From assembly GCA_965200155.1 (NCBI GenBank), contig CBDATR010000024.1, positions 320,001 through 384,000 on the forward strand: a DNA stretch of 64,000 nucleotides, given 5' to 3'. A program made the position numbers and the translations under genes. Source of the DNA: Nitrosopumilaceae archaeon. Lineage in GTDB: Archaea > Thermoproteota > Nitrososphaeria > Nitrososphaerales > Nitrosopumilaceae. This document shows positions 31,453 to 42,057 of this stretch, piece after piece; positions within the stretch are counted from its first letter, which is position 1; each line of letters starts with the position of its first letter. The notes under the pieces are model-generated. The model did not search any database and was not told the DNA's origin. It was given only the letters and a program-made list of their open reading frames with translations.

Positions 31453-31731
31453 GATAAGCGCGGCATTACGGAGAATATATGCTAAAGTCACAGAATACGA
31501 GCGCGAGTAGAGAATCGCATGATTTTTTGGTGGTTTTTCAATAGAACCGGTTATAGGAAAGATTACTAGACCTTATGCGCATGATTGACATCAGGTCGCT
31601 CCAAATTGGGATTATGGCACATGAGGGACTATTGGAATGATAGTCCTAACAAGTAACTTAACTACATAATTCCCAGATTTTTTCCCGGTATTTCAGGTAA
31701 TACTCTTGCCCATAGCATCATTAACCATAGG

Positions 31732-31807
31732 TGCTCCCGCCGGGATTTGAACCCGGGATCACTGCCTTGAGAGGGCAGTATGCTTAACCGGACTACACCA
31801 CAGGAGC
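31732..31807 (-). tRNA. tRNA-Glu(CTC)
   Basis: GCTCCTG...CTGCC CT CTC AA GGCAG...CCGGGTTCAAATCCCGG CGGGAGCA. Confidence 0.95.
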
Positions 31808-32097
31808 CCCGTATAGCTCTCAAACAGTCTTAATTTAAAGGAAATGCAGGGTATGTTCTCCCGTTATTATGCAAACCGTGGTGTTAGTTTAAGCTGATCC
31901 AGATTGATGTACGCGGCCACGCCATTAAAATGATGCTAGGTTAGGCGACAAATCTGAGTGTGTAACCTTGAATATTCTCTGATGCCGGAGCGACTCCTTA
32001 CTAACGATTTAAAGTGTACACTGCTCCGTTTTTGCATCACTCTATTCCATATCCGGTTATGCAGTAACCCATACCCTACTAGGCGCGGACTGCTTCT

Positions 32098-32298
32098 CTT
32101 GGGCGGACCTACACTACTAATGCATCAGGCATTATCCAGACCCACAACATAGCTGCCACGCACCTTGACTTGGGCGGACCTACACTACTAATGCATCAGG
32201 CATTACTGTTAAGCCCATACGGCCAAGAAATGACCACACTTGAAATGATATCACGTATGGGAATGCATCAGGCATTACTGTTAAGCCCATACGGCCAA
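32098..32298. repeat. Two overlapping exact 37-bp duplications, each enclosing a unique 34- or 35-bp insert
   Basis: Repeat X at 32098-32134 and 32169-32205; repeat Y at 32190-32226 and 32262-32298. Confidence 0.92.
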
Positions 32299-32341
32299 TA
32301 TGCGAGAAGCATTATACGCTAAAGGTACATCATTTCATGCC

Positions 32342-33217
32342 ATGGATCTGCCGCAACTATTGGAGGAACATGTGCCAGGATTGTCTCCGGCCGGTCTTGT
32401 CGGTTGTAGGTCTATGGGCAACTTCTCAACATCTTGCATACATGATATTGTGGTATTCGATGATCTGAAGCACCTGCCTCAAATTATCACACACAATGAC
32501 GGGAAAGTAATGTTGTGTCACGGTTCCCTGTCTGATGGGCGTCCACTGGTATTGGCAGGTTATCTTGGCATGTCTATAATCCGAGACGATACAATGATCT
32601 TGGCGTCATTTCTTCGAAACATAAAGACAAACCATGAAAAGCTATTCCGGGATTGCGCCCGGATATATCTTGCCAATGCAATGTTATGTACACACAAGTC
32701 ATCGATTGCAGTTGGTGACGCGGTATCCTGCTGGCAAAAATGCGCCACCTTATACTTGGGCGATGCGGTCTTGGCACTCCATTCGTTTGCCCCTTCATCA
32801 CATGCACTGAGCATGTTGAGGAGCATAACTGGCGGTACAGAATATTCGGCTATACCACTGGTGGTGGAAACATTGGAGGCGAAACGGGCGTCTCCTACAC
32901 TATTGCACAGGATGATGCTTTCAACCCAACGACTGGCTGAGGTGGCTGGTACAATATCTCCTTATGTAATAAGGCACAAGGCGCAGGCATTGATAGATGA
33001 CTCTCGCCTCGCGGATTGCTATTGGTATTTGTGTCATACCAGTCGTGATTGCTGGATACAAGTGGGAGGTACTGCCATTACAGAACGCGCGATAAGTATT
33101 GCAATTGATATCAACCGTGACATTACAAATGTCCGGAACAACGCCGCGCGTATACAGGAAGCGACCGATAAGTTGCTGGTACAAATTGCCGAAGATGCGC
33201 TTGAAATGAACAATTAA
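32342..33217 (+). CDS. Conserved thaumarchaeal hypothetical protein (degenerate nucleotidyltransferase-like N-terminus)
   Basis: GLVGCRS...HDIVVFD followed by a helical domain. Confidence 0.6.
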   Translation: MDLPQLLEEHVPGLSPAGLVGCRSMGNFSTSCIHDIVVFDDLKHLPQIITHNDGKVMLCHGSLSDGRPLVLAGYLGMSIIRDDTMILASFLRNIKTNHEKLFRDCARIYLANAMLCTHKSSIAVGDAVSCWQKCATLYLGDAVLALHSFAPSSHALSMLRSITGGTEYSAIPLVVETLEAKRASPTLLHRMMLSTQRLAEVAGTISPYVIRHKAQALIDDSRLADCYWYLCHTSRDCWIQVGGTAITERAISIAIDINRDITNVRNNAARIQEATDKLLVQIAEDALEMNN

Positions 33218-33429
33218 ATTTTCTATACATATGTAAAAGGTATTAACTTATCCGATATATAATCTCGGTCATCCATGCACTCTGGTTTATACCGGAAGGG
33301 AGTCTGCATCACGCTCACTCCCAAACCTCACTGGTAATGGAGATCCGTAGTTTATAAATTCAGATGTACGTGAACTCATGCGCATACACACACGGAACGC
33401 TTAAAACTATAATAAAACCATAGAATTGC

Positions 33430-33558
33430 ATGGCTGATGAGACCTGTGGATGTACAGCATCCAAAGAAAATAATGTAGACTGTGATTGCGTAATGCAGAG
33501 CGCGTGTATTTGTGACGAAACGTGCGGTTGCGCATCTACCACGTGTGCTAGTGTATAG
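33430..33558 (+). CDS. Metallothionein-like Cys-rich peptide (42 aa, 9 Cys); not in the ORF track
   Basis: MADETCGCTASKENNVDCDCVMQSACICDETCGCASTTCASV*; TATA-like CTTAAAACTATAATAA just upstream. Confidence 0.75.
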   Translation: MADETCGCTASKENNVDCDCVMQSACICDETCGCASTTCASV

Positions 33559-33585
33559 TGAAGGTAAATCATTGTTTATTTTTAA

Positions 33586-33768
33586 TTACTCTGACTCCTC
33601 GAGTCCCCATGATCTTACCAACTCTTCCCTAAACTTGTCTGCCTGTTTTTCGTTCAAGGAAAAGCCGCAGTTCTTATGTGTAGGTACAACAACCATGTTG
33701 TCTAACTTAAACTCGATCTCAAACATGTGTATTTTTGCACACTCACACAAGGTATTCCCCATACACAC
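33586..33768 (-). CDS. Small conserved thaumarchaeal protein (CxC...HxxC)
   Basis: CECAKIH...THKNCG. Confidence 0.65.
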   Translation of the reverse strand: MCMGNTLCECAKIHMFEIEFKLDNMVVVPTHKNCGFSLNEKQADKFREELVRSWGLEESE

Positions 33769-33957
33769 TCTTCACTATATTTATCTATGCGGGTGATATT
33801 TGGTAACCGCTTGTTACTCTCAATATCCTGTTCTAGGTGGCCAGAACCTGGACTAGCGTATTTTGAAACTGAACAGTATAATGACCTCTGCAAACTCGTA
33901 CCATGACGTATATTTTGTGACCTGAACGGCTACGCGCCAACTGTAACCATTAAAATA

Positions 33958-35406
33958 TTGGGAACAGTGTTTTTAATTGTGTACATTGCATATACTGTGG
34001 CAGCTGTATTGCTATTGGTCGCGGTAACACCCTCTGCCATGGCACAGTTCCAACAAGGTGGCGTAGACCACCCCGGTGAATGGTATGTGGGCGAGGGCCT
34101 ACAGGCGGGCGACTTTTTCTCGTACTCCATGTGTCATGTTGACTATAGGGAGTGTGCCAACTTTCAGATGGATATCTGGATAAAGGGTGACATAGTAGTG
34201 GGCACAGAGACAAAGTGGCTGGCCCATGTAGTAGTGTATGACGGTAACAAAATCATCAAGGGCGAGATGGAGCTAGGCAGAGTTGCGCCAGAGCCTAGTG
34301 GCGGTAGTGAAGATCTTACCTCATACAGGGGTGCCTTCAAGTCTTCTGTAGTATGGCTATCTGCCTTTGCCAACTCCAATGAGCCCAAAGCATTCTCGCT
34401 TCCATCCTGGGGCAAGATAGCTAACATAGGCGGTGAGCAGATACTGCCCAGGGAGCTGATAGATGGTGGTTTCAGTACTGCAGCTGGCCACTTTGATGAT
34501 GTGGTGCAGGTAGGTTGGAGGACTGGTGGTTATACCAGCAAGGTCTGGGTAGCTGACGGGTTTCCTTTTCCAGTACAGGCATTAACCTGGACTCATGTAT
34601 CCGAGGGCATTCCGCCCAGGGAATATGAGTTTGAACTGCTCCGTTACTACAATACAGATGTTGATCCCCTGGCAGATGTGGTGCCTACGTCACAGGATCC
34701 GGCCATAGTGGGATGCCCGAACTTGGGCGGCCTTGAGCAATCCATCAAAAAGTCTACAATACTCTTCAATTATCAGGTACATGCATTCTACACGCCGGAT
34801 CCACCCGTAGAGAACTGTCCCATGAAGTGGCTTGTAAAATTCATCTCCAAGTATGATGATACAGAATTTCTGAACCAGGTTCAATATGACATACAGGTGG
34901 TGGAACTGAATGAGGAGGGTCAACTGGTCACTACGCGATCAATAGCCGATGAGATTGGCAGGCGTATTCTCTACTCTCCCTCCGGACAGTCGGAGATAGA
35001 GTTCATGGTAAAAGAATCTGGTACCGTCAACTATATGATATTCATACATGGTCTGGCGCCGGAGAACGTAGTACCGTCACAGGATCAGATAGACTATCTG
35101 CTTCTGCCTCTTGATATATCATCGGCAGAGGATGCGTCCATTCCTCCATGGGTAAAGAATACCGCCTTGTGGTGGGCTCAGGGCGATATCGACGACGACT
35201 CCTTCATAAACGGATTACAGTTTCTTATAGGTCAGGGCATCCTGAATGTACCGCCGCCGGATTCTGTCGTGGATGGCGCCCCCGGCCCCATTCCCAGCTG
35301 GGTAAAGAATAATGCTCTCTGGTGGGCTCAGGGCGATATCGACGACGACTCCTTCATAAACGGATTACAGTTTCTTATAGGTCAGGGCATACTACAGGTA
35401 TCCTGA
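33958..35406 (+). CDS. Secreted/surface protein with two C-terminal thaumarchaeal IPxWVKNxAxWW domains
   Basis: Signal peptide; duplicated IPxWVKN..WWAQGDIDDDSFINGLQFLIGQGIL. Confidence 0.85.
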   Translation: MGTVFLIVYIAYTVAAVLLLVAVTPSAMAQFQQGGVDHPGEWYVGEGLQAGDFFSYSMCHVDYRECANFQMDIWIKGDIVVGTETKWLAHVVVYDGNKIIKGEMELGRVAPEPSGGSEDLTSYRGAFKSSVVWLSAFANSNEPKAFSLPSWGKIANIGGEQILPRELIDGGFSTAAGHFDDVVQVGWRTGGYTSKVWVADGFPFPVQALTWTHVSEGIPPREYEFELLRYYNTDVDPLADVVPTSQDPAIVGCPNLGGLEQSIKKSTILFNYQVHAFYTPDPPVENCPMKWLVKFISKYDDTEFLNQVQYDIQVVELNEEGQLVTTRSIADEIGRRILYSPSGQSEIEFMVKESGTVNYMIFIHGLAPENVVPSQDQIDYLLLPLDISSAEDASIPPWVKNTALWWAQGDIDDDSFINGLQFLIGQGILNVPPPDSVVDGAPGPIPSWVKNNALWWAQGDIDDDSFINGLQFLIGQGILQVS

Positions 35407-35762
35407 TGCCGCGTACCCTATACCCGAAGCGTCGTCTGCGTAAGATGATGCAGGCAGGGGAGTATAGAGAGGCCTTGGAATTTGGACGTTCCCTTGGAGA
35501 GAAGTATGGAGAGGATCATGATTTCCTTTTCATAATGGGAAGCATACATTACGTACTGGAGAACCACAAGGAAGCCATAGAATATTTTGACTCTGCTGTA
35601 TCAATACAATATGATGACATCGAAGCCCTAATGCTAAAGACCAATTCACATCTTGCGTTGGGCCAGTCCCAGGAGGCGATGACATGCTGCATGCACATTC
35701 TAAAAGTGAACCCGGATCACGATAACGCAGCTTCTCTTTTGGAGAATTTACGTAATCTGTAA
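35406..35762 (+). CDS. TPR protein
   Basis: GEYREALE and EAIEYFD..ALMLK TPR patterns. Confidence 0.8.
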   Translation: MPRTLYPKRRLRKMMQAGEYREALEFGRSLGEKYGEDHDFLFIMGSIHYVLENHKEAIEYFDSAVSIQYDDIEALMLKTNSHLALGQSQEAMTCCMHILKVNPDHDNAASLLENLRNL

Positions 35763-35781
35763 CGTGGAAATGCGGGAACGG

Positions 35782-36282
35782 TTACATCGATTCGGTCGCG
35801 GGCCAGTAGACATTCTCTGCCAGCCAGTCACAATATGCTGTCACTGAGTCATCAAACTCTGTCCATACATGTAATGAGTGTGGCAGTATGTCTATCTTGC
35901 CTCCTGCTGTCCAGATACGAGCGCCCTCCTTTCCCTCATACATGTATGCATCTTCAACCTTTACGTCCCCAAATATCTCCCGTGCCTTGGACTTTATTAC
36001 ATCCCGAGATATTGTAAAGTTACGGCGCTGCCTGTCTATTATTATGCTGAGATCCCTCTTGCCATACATGTGGAATTGCTCTATCTTGCCCTCGTGGGGA
36101 AAATTTACGATAAGTTGTACATTATACCTTGAGCCCACATGCCGTCCTATCTCCACTATTGCCGCGTATGCCATGGCGGGATTTTTGTGCACCAAATATC
36201 GTATGCGGGCCATATCCTGAGCCATAGCATCTTGGAGTTCCTGTATTATGAGACTAAACTTCATTTTATCTGCCATAGGCAT
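35782..36282 (-). CDS. Conserved hypothetical protein
   Basis: Clean 166-aa ORF (DAYMYEGKEG, IDILPHSLH). Confidence 0.7.
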   Translation of the reverse strand: MPMADKMKFSLIIQELQDAMAQDMARIRYLVHKNPAMAYAAIVEIGRHVGSRYNVQLIVNFPHEGKIEQFHMYGKRDLSIIIDRQRRNFTISRDVIKSKAREIFGDVKVEDAYMYEGKEGARIWTAGGKIDILPHSLHVWTEFDDSVTAYCDWLAENVYWPATESM

Positions 36283-36308
36283 GTTCTGGTAATATTCATT
36301 GAGGTATG

Positions 36309-37394
36309 CTATACAACTCTTGGATGAGGGTGCTCTACTATACGATGAATGTTCTTGTCAATGACTATCTCTGCGATGTCCGCGGCATACTCGACTATAC
36401 GTCTCATACTCTCTAGGATTAGTTTGACGATGGCAGAGTTAGGTGATGTATCCCGTATCTCTATCATCATACCCTCCTGCCTTCTGGATATGCGGGAGAC
36501 TGACTCAAATATGTCCTCAGCCATGGCAAAGTCAGACCGTAGCAGGGAATCGATGGAATTCTCGAATACGTCCATAACTACGTCACTGAGCTCTGTTATC
36601 TTTGATAGCATGTCATCGTTCAGCGGCCTGCTCAAATACTTTACCCGTTTGGCAGTAAGCGTTGCATGATCCGCTATTCTTTCTATGCGCGATACTACGG
36701 TTCGATAATACATGCAGTTTGCCGGACTACCCAGTGACATATCGTGCAATGTGCTGGCATTATCAACTGCCATGGTAAGGTTACGAAGAGTATAAAACGT
36801 GAACCGGTCGACCTCGTCATCTAGCCGTACCACCTCTTCTGCATACTTGATATCTCCTGCCTTTAGGGCCACAATTGACTCGCGTAATATGTCCACGGTC
36901 ATTATGCGCATCCGGCGTAATGCAACATCAAACGTGAGATCCGGCAGACGGGTCAGTATCTGGACGGTAATGTGCTCAGGACCTGACTCTACAATCTCCG
37001 CGCCGATTAGTGAGGAGCGAACGAATCGTCTAATCATGTTGACCTGATTGGGCCTTATGTGTATGCCTTTGGTAGCTATCCTGATGAACTTGTAGCCTGT
37101 CAAGTACATGGCTACTATTTTGCGGCATATTGACTCGTCCTGGTCCCTAGGACTGATGGTTACCGTTACGACATGTTCTTCGTTAACGTCGCCGCCATTG
37201 GGGTGTATGGTAAGTGATCTGTTCTCGTTCTTTGTCATGGTCACACTGTATCCTACCTGCAGGCGCATCTCGTCTATCCATGTCTTGGGCAATGACACGA
37301 TGTATGTGGAATTGCCGCTTCGCTGTAGTTTGCGGCTATGAACTGATTTGGTCAATGTTATAATGTAGTTGCGCCTGTTTATACTGTTTTTCAT
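36309..37394 (-). CDS. AbrB-PhoU phosphate-uptake regulator
   Basis: RKLQRSGNSTYIVSLPKTW plus two PhoU domains (DDEVD, IERIADH). Confidence 0.9.
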   Translation of the reverse strand: MKNSINRRNYIITLTKSVHSRKLQRSGNSTYIVSLPKTWIDEMRLQVGYSVTMTKNENRSLTIHPNGGDVNEEHVVTVTISPRDQDESICRKIVAMYLTGYKFIRIATKGIHIRPNQVNMIRRFVRSSLIGAEIVESGPEHITVQILTRLPDLTFDVALRRMRIMTVDILRESIVALKAGDIKYAEEVVRLDDEVDRFTFYTLRNLTMAVDNASTLHDMSLGSPANCMYYRTVVSRIERIADHATLTAKRVKYLSRPLNDDMLSKITELSDVVMDVFENSIDSLLRSDFAMAEDIFESVSRISRRQEGMMIEIRDTSPNSAIVKLILESMRRIVEYAADIAEIVIDKNIHRIVEHPHPRVV

Positions 37395-37457
37395 GGCATT
37401 CTATATAGTACTATGTCATGCATGTTGGCGCAGTAATCTATTGGCGCACTTTGCATA

Positions 37458-38459
37458 TTGCCTGTAAATCACCTTAGCATAATGGTGAAGCGGTGGGCGT
37501 ACCCCAAAGGTAAACCTAAGCGGCATCTTTTATCCGAGAAGCTTTTCAAGTATGCCGCGGCCGCGGCAGGCGCATACGTCCTTGCCATAATCTTGGTCAT
37601 GGTGTGGCAGTTAGGGTTGGGCTCAATTCCCATATGGGAGGAAGAGGGAGCGGAATTCATCTATGGCACTGATTGGAACTCTGTCTACGGGCGGGAGTCC
37701 TTTGGTGCACTGCCTTATATCCTGGGCACGTTAATTACCAGCGCCATAGCATTGGCTATAGGATTTCCTCTAAGTGTGGGGATAGCCATGCTTGTGATGA
37801 TACTGCCTTCCAGGGTGGGCCAACCCTTGGGCTATGTGGTTGAATTCATAGAGGCCGTTCCCAGTGTGGTATTTGGTTTGTGGGGTTTGTTCACATTCCG
37901 TATATTCTTTGTAGATTATGTGGAAAAACCGTTACACGAAGCCTTTGGCGATAGTATATACGTGTTTGGTGGAACCCCATTTGGTCTTGACATACTTACC
38001 GCCAGTGTAGTGCTTGCAATAATGATAATTCCCACAATATCGGCCATATCCAGGGAGGTGATGATGGCAGTTCCCCAGCAACAGAAGGAGGCTGCCTATA
38101 TGCTTGGCTCTACCACATTTGAGATGTTCCGCCTTGCCATATTCCCGTACTCCAAGGGTGGGCTCTTTGGGGCCGCGATGCTGGGACTTGGGCGTGCTGT
38201 GGGCGAGACCATGGCGGTCACCATGCTTATAGGAAATGCCATAGGCGCCGCGGCCATCCCCCAATCACTATTCCATCCCGGCCAGACCATGTCCAGCTTG
38301 ATGGCCAACAACTTCTTTGAGGCCTCCTGGGTAAGTTTACAGCTGCCCGCGCTTATAGGCGTGGGGCTCATACTATTGGCGGTGGGGCTGGTCATTAGCT
38401 TGGCAGCCCACTTTCTGGTGGGTCGCATGGTAAAGATAAATGGCGGAGGGATAGATTGA
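37458..38459 (+). CDS. pstC: Phosphate ABC permease PstC
   Basis: VPSVVFGLWG and GRAVGETMAV motifs. Confidence 0.95.
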   Translation: MPVNHLSIMVKRWAYPKGKPKRHLLSEKLFKYAAAAAGAYVLAIILVMVWQLGLGSIPIWEEEGAEFIYGTDWNSVYGRESFGALPYILGTLITSAIALAIGFPLSVGIAMLVMILPSRVGQPLGYVVEFIEAVPSVVFGLWGLFTFRIFFVDYVEKPLHEAFGDSIYVFGGTPFGLDILTASVVLAIMIIPTISAISREVMMAVPQQQKEAAYMLGSTTFEMFRLAIFPYSKGGLFGAAMLGLGRAVGETMAVTMLIGNAIGAAAIPQSLFHPGQTMSSLMANNFFEASWVSLQLPALIGVGLILLAVGLVISLAAHFLVGRMVKINGGGID

Positions 38460-39388
38460 GTATAACTACTGAGGAGAGGCGGGCCGCCATACGCTCCATG
38501 TTTCGCTCCAATGTCTCCCGGCGATTGCTGGTAAACAAGATAATGATAGGCGGCGTAATTGCATGTGCCATTATAGCCATAGTGCCCCTGTTCTGGATCC
38601 TTGGAACTGTCGTATATCACGGAATGCCTGCCATGAGCCTGGCATTCTTGACCGAGGAGCCCGGCGCAGTGGGGGCAGGACATATTGCCATCGGACCCGC
38701 CATCCAGGGTACGCTGATTATAATAGGACTAACCATGGCGATGGGCATACCCATTGGTATAATGGGCGGAATATACTTGGCCGAATTCGGGGACAACAGG
38801 TTTGCGCGCCAAATGCGCTTCCTTACGGACGTATTCCTTCATGTGCCCTCCATAGTACTGGGCATATTCGCCTTTCTGATAATTGTGATAGTGCTGGGCC
38901 ACTATTCTGTATGGGCGGGGGCCTTTGCACTATCCCTGATAATGTTTCCCATAGTGGCGCGCTCCACCGAGGAGGCCATACGCATGGTGCCCCGGACCTA
39001 TAGGGAGGCAGGTGCCGCCTTGGGACTAACAAAGATGACCGTAACGCTGCGGGTGGTTCTATCCCAAGCCAAGCGCGGCATACTGGCCGGTGTGCTCCTT
39101 TCTGTCTCTAGGGTGAGCGGCGAGAGCGCCCCACTCATAATGACCATACAGGGAAGTAGCCTGTTCTTCCAGGGTTTTGATTCACCCATGGATGCACTGC
39201 CCCTGCGCATATGGCGATACTCGTTGCAACCATATGATGAGGCGCGCCTGGCCGCGTGGGGTGCCGCATTTACCATACTGTTACTGATATTCGCAATACA
39301 CCTTACCATGCGCTACTTTTTCCTCCGATCCGGTACCGGCAAAGGCTTAATTGATGTGATGGCGAAATGGATAGCATATAAAAAATGA
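38456..39388 (+). CDS. pstA: Phosphate ABC permease PstA
   Basis: VPSIVLG and RVSGESAPL motifs. Confidence 0.95.
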   Translation: MSITTEERRAAIRSMFRSNVSRRLLVNKIMIGGVIACAIIAIVPLFWILGTVVYHGMPAMSLAFLTEEPGAVGAGHIAIGPAIQGTLIIIGLTMAMGIPIGIMGGIYLAEFGDNRFARQMRFLTDVFLHVPSIVLGIFAFLIIVIVLGHYSVWAGAFALSLIMFPIVARSTEEAIRMVPRTYREAGAALGLTKMTVTLRVVLSQAKRGILAGVLLSVSRVSGESAPLIMTIQGSSLFFQGFDSPMDALPLRIWRYSLQPYDEARLAAWGAAFTILLLIFAIHLTMRYFFLRSGTGKGLIDVMAKWIAYKK

Positions 39389-40191
39389 GCACGCTTGCCC
39401 AGGAACAGACTCCGTCCAGTGCAGACTTTGATAAAAAATACAAGGTTGTGACAGAGAATATCAACATATACTATGGCAATGTCCATGCAGTAAAGGATGT
39501 AAACCTAAGGTTTCCGGAAAAGTCTGTCACCGCCCTCATAGGCCCGTCCGGTTGTGGAAAGACTACGTACCTGCGATGCCTAAACCGCATGCATGACATG
39601 ACAAAAGGCGCCCGGGTAGAGGGCAGGGTCTTTGTGGACGAGACTGATCTCTATGACAAGAGCATAAACCCGATATACCACCGACGGAAAGTGGGCATGG
39701 TATTTCAAAAACCCAACCCCTTTCCCACCATGTCCATATATGATAACGTGGTGGCCGGAGTAAAACTGAACGGGGTGCGGGACAGGGCAGTACTAGACGA
39801 GATAGTCGAGGACTGCCTAAAAATGGCATACCTGTGGGACGAGGTCAAGGACACCTTGCGAAAACCTGCCGCGGAGCTCTCCGGGGGCCAACAACAGCGA
39901 TTATGTATAGCCCGGGCCTTGGCAATACAGCCTGAGGTATTGCTAATGGATGAGCCTGCCTCTGCCCTGGACCCGGTGGCTACCCAGAAGATAGAGGAAA
40001 CCCTGACGGACCTCAAGAGTGAGTATTGCATAATAATAGTCACGCACAATATGCAACAGGCTACCCGTTGCTCTGACTATACCGCGTTTATGTATTTGGG
40101 CAATCTCATAGAATACGGTGAGACAAAGCAGATATTTGAAAATCCGCAGGATCCACTAACTGCTAAATATGTGCGTGGTCAATTCGGCTAA
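39385..40191 (+). CDS. pstB: Phosphate ABC ATPase PstB
   Basis: [28 protein letters not shown]. Confidence 0.97.
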   Translation: MSTLAQEQTPSSADFDKKYKVVTENINIYYGNVHAVKDVNLRFPEKSVTALIGPSGCGKTTYLRCLNRMHDMTKGARVEGRVFVDETDLYDKSINPIYHRRKVGMVFQKPNPFPTMSIYDNVVAGVKLNGVRDRAVLDEIVEDCLKMAYLWDEVKDTLRKPAAELSGGQQQRLCIARALAIQPEVLLMDEPASALDPVATQKIEETLTDLKSEYCIIIVTHNMQQATRCSDYTAFMYLGNLIEYGETKQIFENPQDPLTAKYVRGQFG

Positions 40192-40848
40192 TTGGCACGA
40201 CTCATAGATCCTTCCCTAAAGCGGTTATCATTTGTGATGGGGGAGATGGGAGATCTTGCCATGCGCTCCCTGAATCTTGCCATGGACTCCTTTATAGTGG
40301 GAACCAATACCAGAAACGATACGCTGCATGTATCGGATAGTATAGTAGAGAAGTACTTTGAGGTCGAAGATCTCACATTTGAGATTCTGTTAAAATACCA
40401 GCCACTGGCCCAGGATTTTCGATTCGTCCGCTCCTCTATCGAGATATCCTATGCATTTCAAAGATTTGGCCGGTATGCATATGACATTACCCAGGTGCGG
40501 GACTCCTTTGGCGATATAAGGCACTGCAAGAATGACAAACTGATGGAGTCGTTCATGCTTGTGCAACGCATGATGAAGGAGGCTATCTTCTCTTTTGCCA
40601 CGCTGGATGTACAGAAGGCCTGGCGCATAAGGGAGCGCGAGGACATGGTGGATACAATATACAGGGAGAGGTTACCATATCTAGTACACAGCACCGATAC
40701 ACAGTGCGCATTGGTGGAGGCTCTCTTGCTCCGGTACTTGGAGCGAATCGCGGATCATGCCCTGTTCATGAGCGATGCCATTACGTACATTGTTACAGGG
40801 AAGCACCAGCATCGTGTTATCCATAATGGCGCAAAGGGTAATGCCTGA
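40192..40848 (+). CDS. phoU: Phosphate transport regulator PhoU
   Basis: YQPLAQD and LERIADH motifs; follows pstB. Confidence 0.9.
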   Translation: MARLIDPSLKRLSFVMGEMGDLAMRSLNLAMDSFIVGTNTRNDTLHVSDSIVEKYFEVEDLTFEILLKYQPLAQDFRFVRSSIEISYAFQRFGRYAYDITQVRDSFGDIRHCKNDKLMESFMLVQRMMKEAIFSFATLDVQKAWRIREREDMVDTIYRERLPYLVHSTDTQCALVEALLLRYLERIADHALFMSDAITYIVTGKHQHRVIHNGAKGNA

Positions 40849-40897
40849 TTATCACAGCGAACAAATTAAATGCCATGCATGCACTATTTTGTTCTAG

Positions 40898-41776
40898 TTG
40901 GCGCTTAGAGAGATACTGGAGATTTCAAAACCTCGTATAGTGATATTACTGGTAATTACCGCGGTGGCTTCCCTGTATGGTGCCAGTACGCTGGCGCCGG
41001 GGGATCACCAGGTCGCCTATGTCACATACATCCACATCGCGGTGGCCGGAGCCTTGGCCTCCGCTGGTTCTAGCGCCCTCAACCACTACTATGATAGGGA
41101 TATAGATGCCACCATGTCCAGGACCCGTTCTAGGCCCATACCTTCCAGCCGCATGAGTCCCCGGGCTGTTCTTGTTTATGGCCTAGGCGTATCCTGCGTT
41201 TCTGTGGTGTATGGGTATCTGCTGCTAAATGCAGCTTCGGCCTTCTTTATCGCGCTGGGTATATTCTCGTATGTAGTCATATACACCATTTGGCTGAAGC
41301 GGAAAAATACCAGCAATATAGTAATAGGCGGGATAGCTGGCAGTGCCGCATCTTGGGCAGGGTGGGCCGCGGCCACCGGAACAATGGATTTGCTGGGATT
41401 TTTGGTGGGGTTCTTGGTATTTGTGTGGACGCCGTCGCATTTCTGGTGTCTGGCGATGAAGATACGCGACGAATACCAGCAAGCCAATGTGCCAATGCTG
41501 CCGGTAGTGGTTGGTATGCATAAAACATCTGTCTACATATTGGCCAATACCCTGATACTGGTGCCGTACTCTCTGGCGCTATATGCCTTTGGTATGGGTC
41601 TTGTATATCTGGGAATTGCCGCCGTATCTGGTGGATTGATGCTCGCATACCACTACAAACTTACAAAGAACCCAACTTCCGACTTTGCCTGGAAGGCCTA
41701 CAAAGTCACCGCGCCCTACCTGACTATAATATTTCTGGCAGTAGTGCTGGATGCCGCCCTGCACATACGTCTGTAG
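40898..41776 (+). CDS. cyoE: Protoheme IX farnesyltransferase (heme O synthase)
   Basis: KPRIV, NHYYDRDIDATMSRTRSRP, WTPSHFW. Confidence 0.95.
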   Translation: MALREILEISKPRIVILLVITAVASLYGASTLAPGDHQVAYVTYIHIAVAGALASAGSSALNHYYDRDIDATMSRTRSRPIPSSRMSPRAVLVYGLGVSCVSVVYGYLLLNAASAFFIALGIFSYVVIYTIWLKRKNTSNIVIGGIAGSAASWAGWAAATGTMDLLGFLVGFLVFVWTPSHFWCLAMKIRDEYQQANVPMLPVVVGMHKTSVYILANTLILVPYSLALYAFGMGLVYLGIAAVSGGLMLAYHYKLTKNPTSDFAWKAYKVTAPYLTIIFLAVVLDAALHIRL

Positions 41777-41838
41777 ACGTTTAGGGCGCCATATTGGAAT
41801 GCTACATAAAATGAGATCCAAGTTTGACCGTATGTTTT

Positions 41839-41930
41839 GTATGAGTTCACCTGTGTCTAAATTTACGCATAACTGATCGCTACAGTTAATGTGATTTGTG
41901 CATAAGATTCCGGAAGACGTGAACTCATAC
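41839..41930. mobile_element. 92-bp MITE family A
   Basis: Perfect TIRs and perfect 8-bp TSD TATGTTTT. Confidence 0.95.
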
Positions 41931-42057
41931 TATGTTTTAGCTCTCTCCAAACCTGTTTTTGTTAGCAGGCATGGTTGCACATTGCGTCCTCTTGGCAATG
42001 TGAATGTCGTGTAGTGCCAGTACGAGATTCAAATGACTTGATGCCCCATCTGTTACT

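Larger units (their letters stand above)
29643..31674. mobile_element. Non-autonomous IS1595-type cassette (MIC) carrying an RM pair
   Basis: Ends GGGAATTATATATGAGTTAC / GTAACTTAACTACATAATTCCC; perfect 8-bp TSD AGATTTTT at 29635-29642 and 31675-31682. Confidence 0.82.

Noticed and set aside
33275-33337. 20-codon ORF or possible sRNA after a TATA-like box
   Set aside because: No motif or structure I can support.
35149-35391. ~90-bp direct repeat
   Set aside because: In-frame duplication of a common thaumarchaeal C-terminal surface-protein domain.
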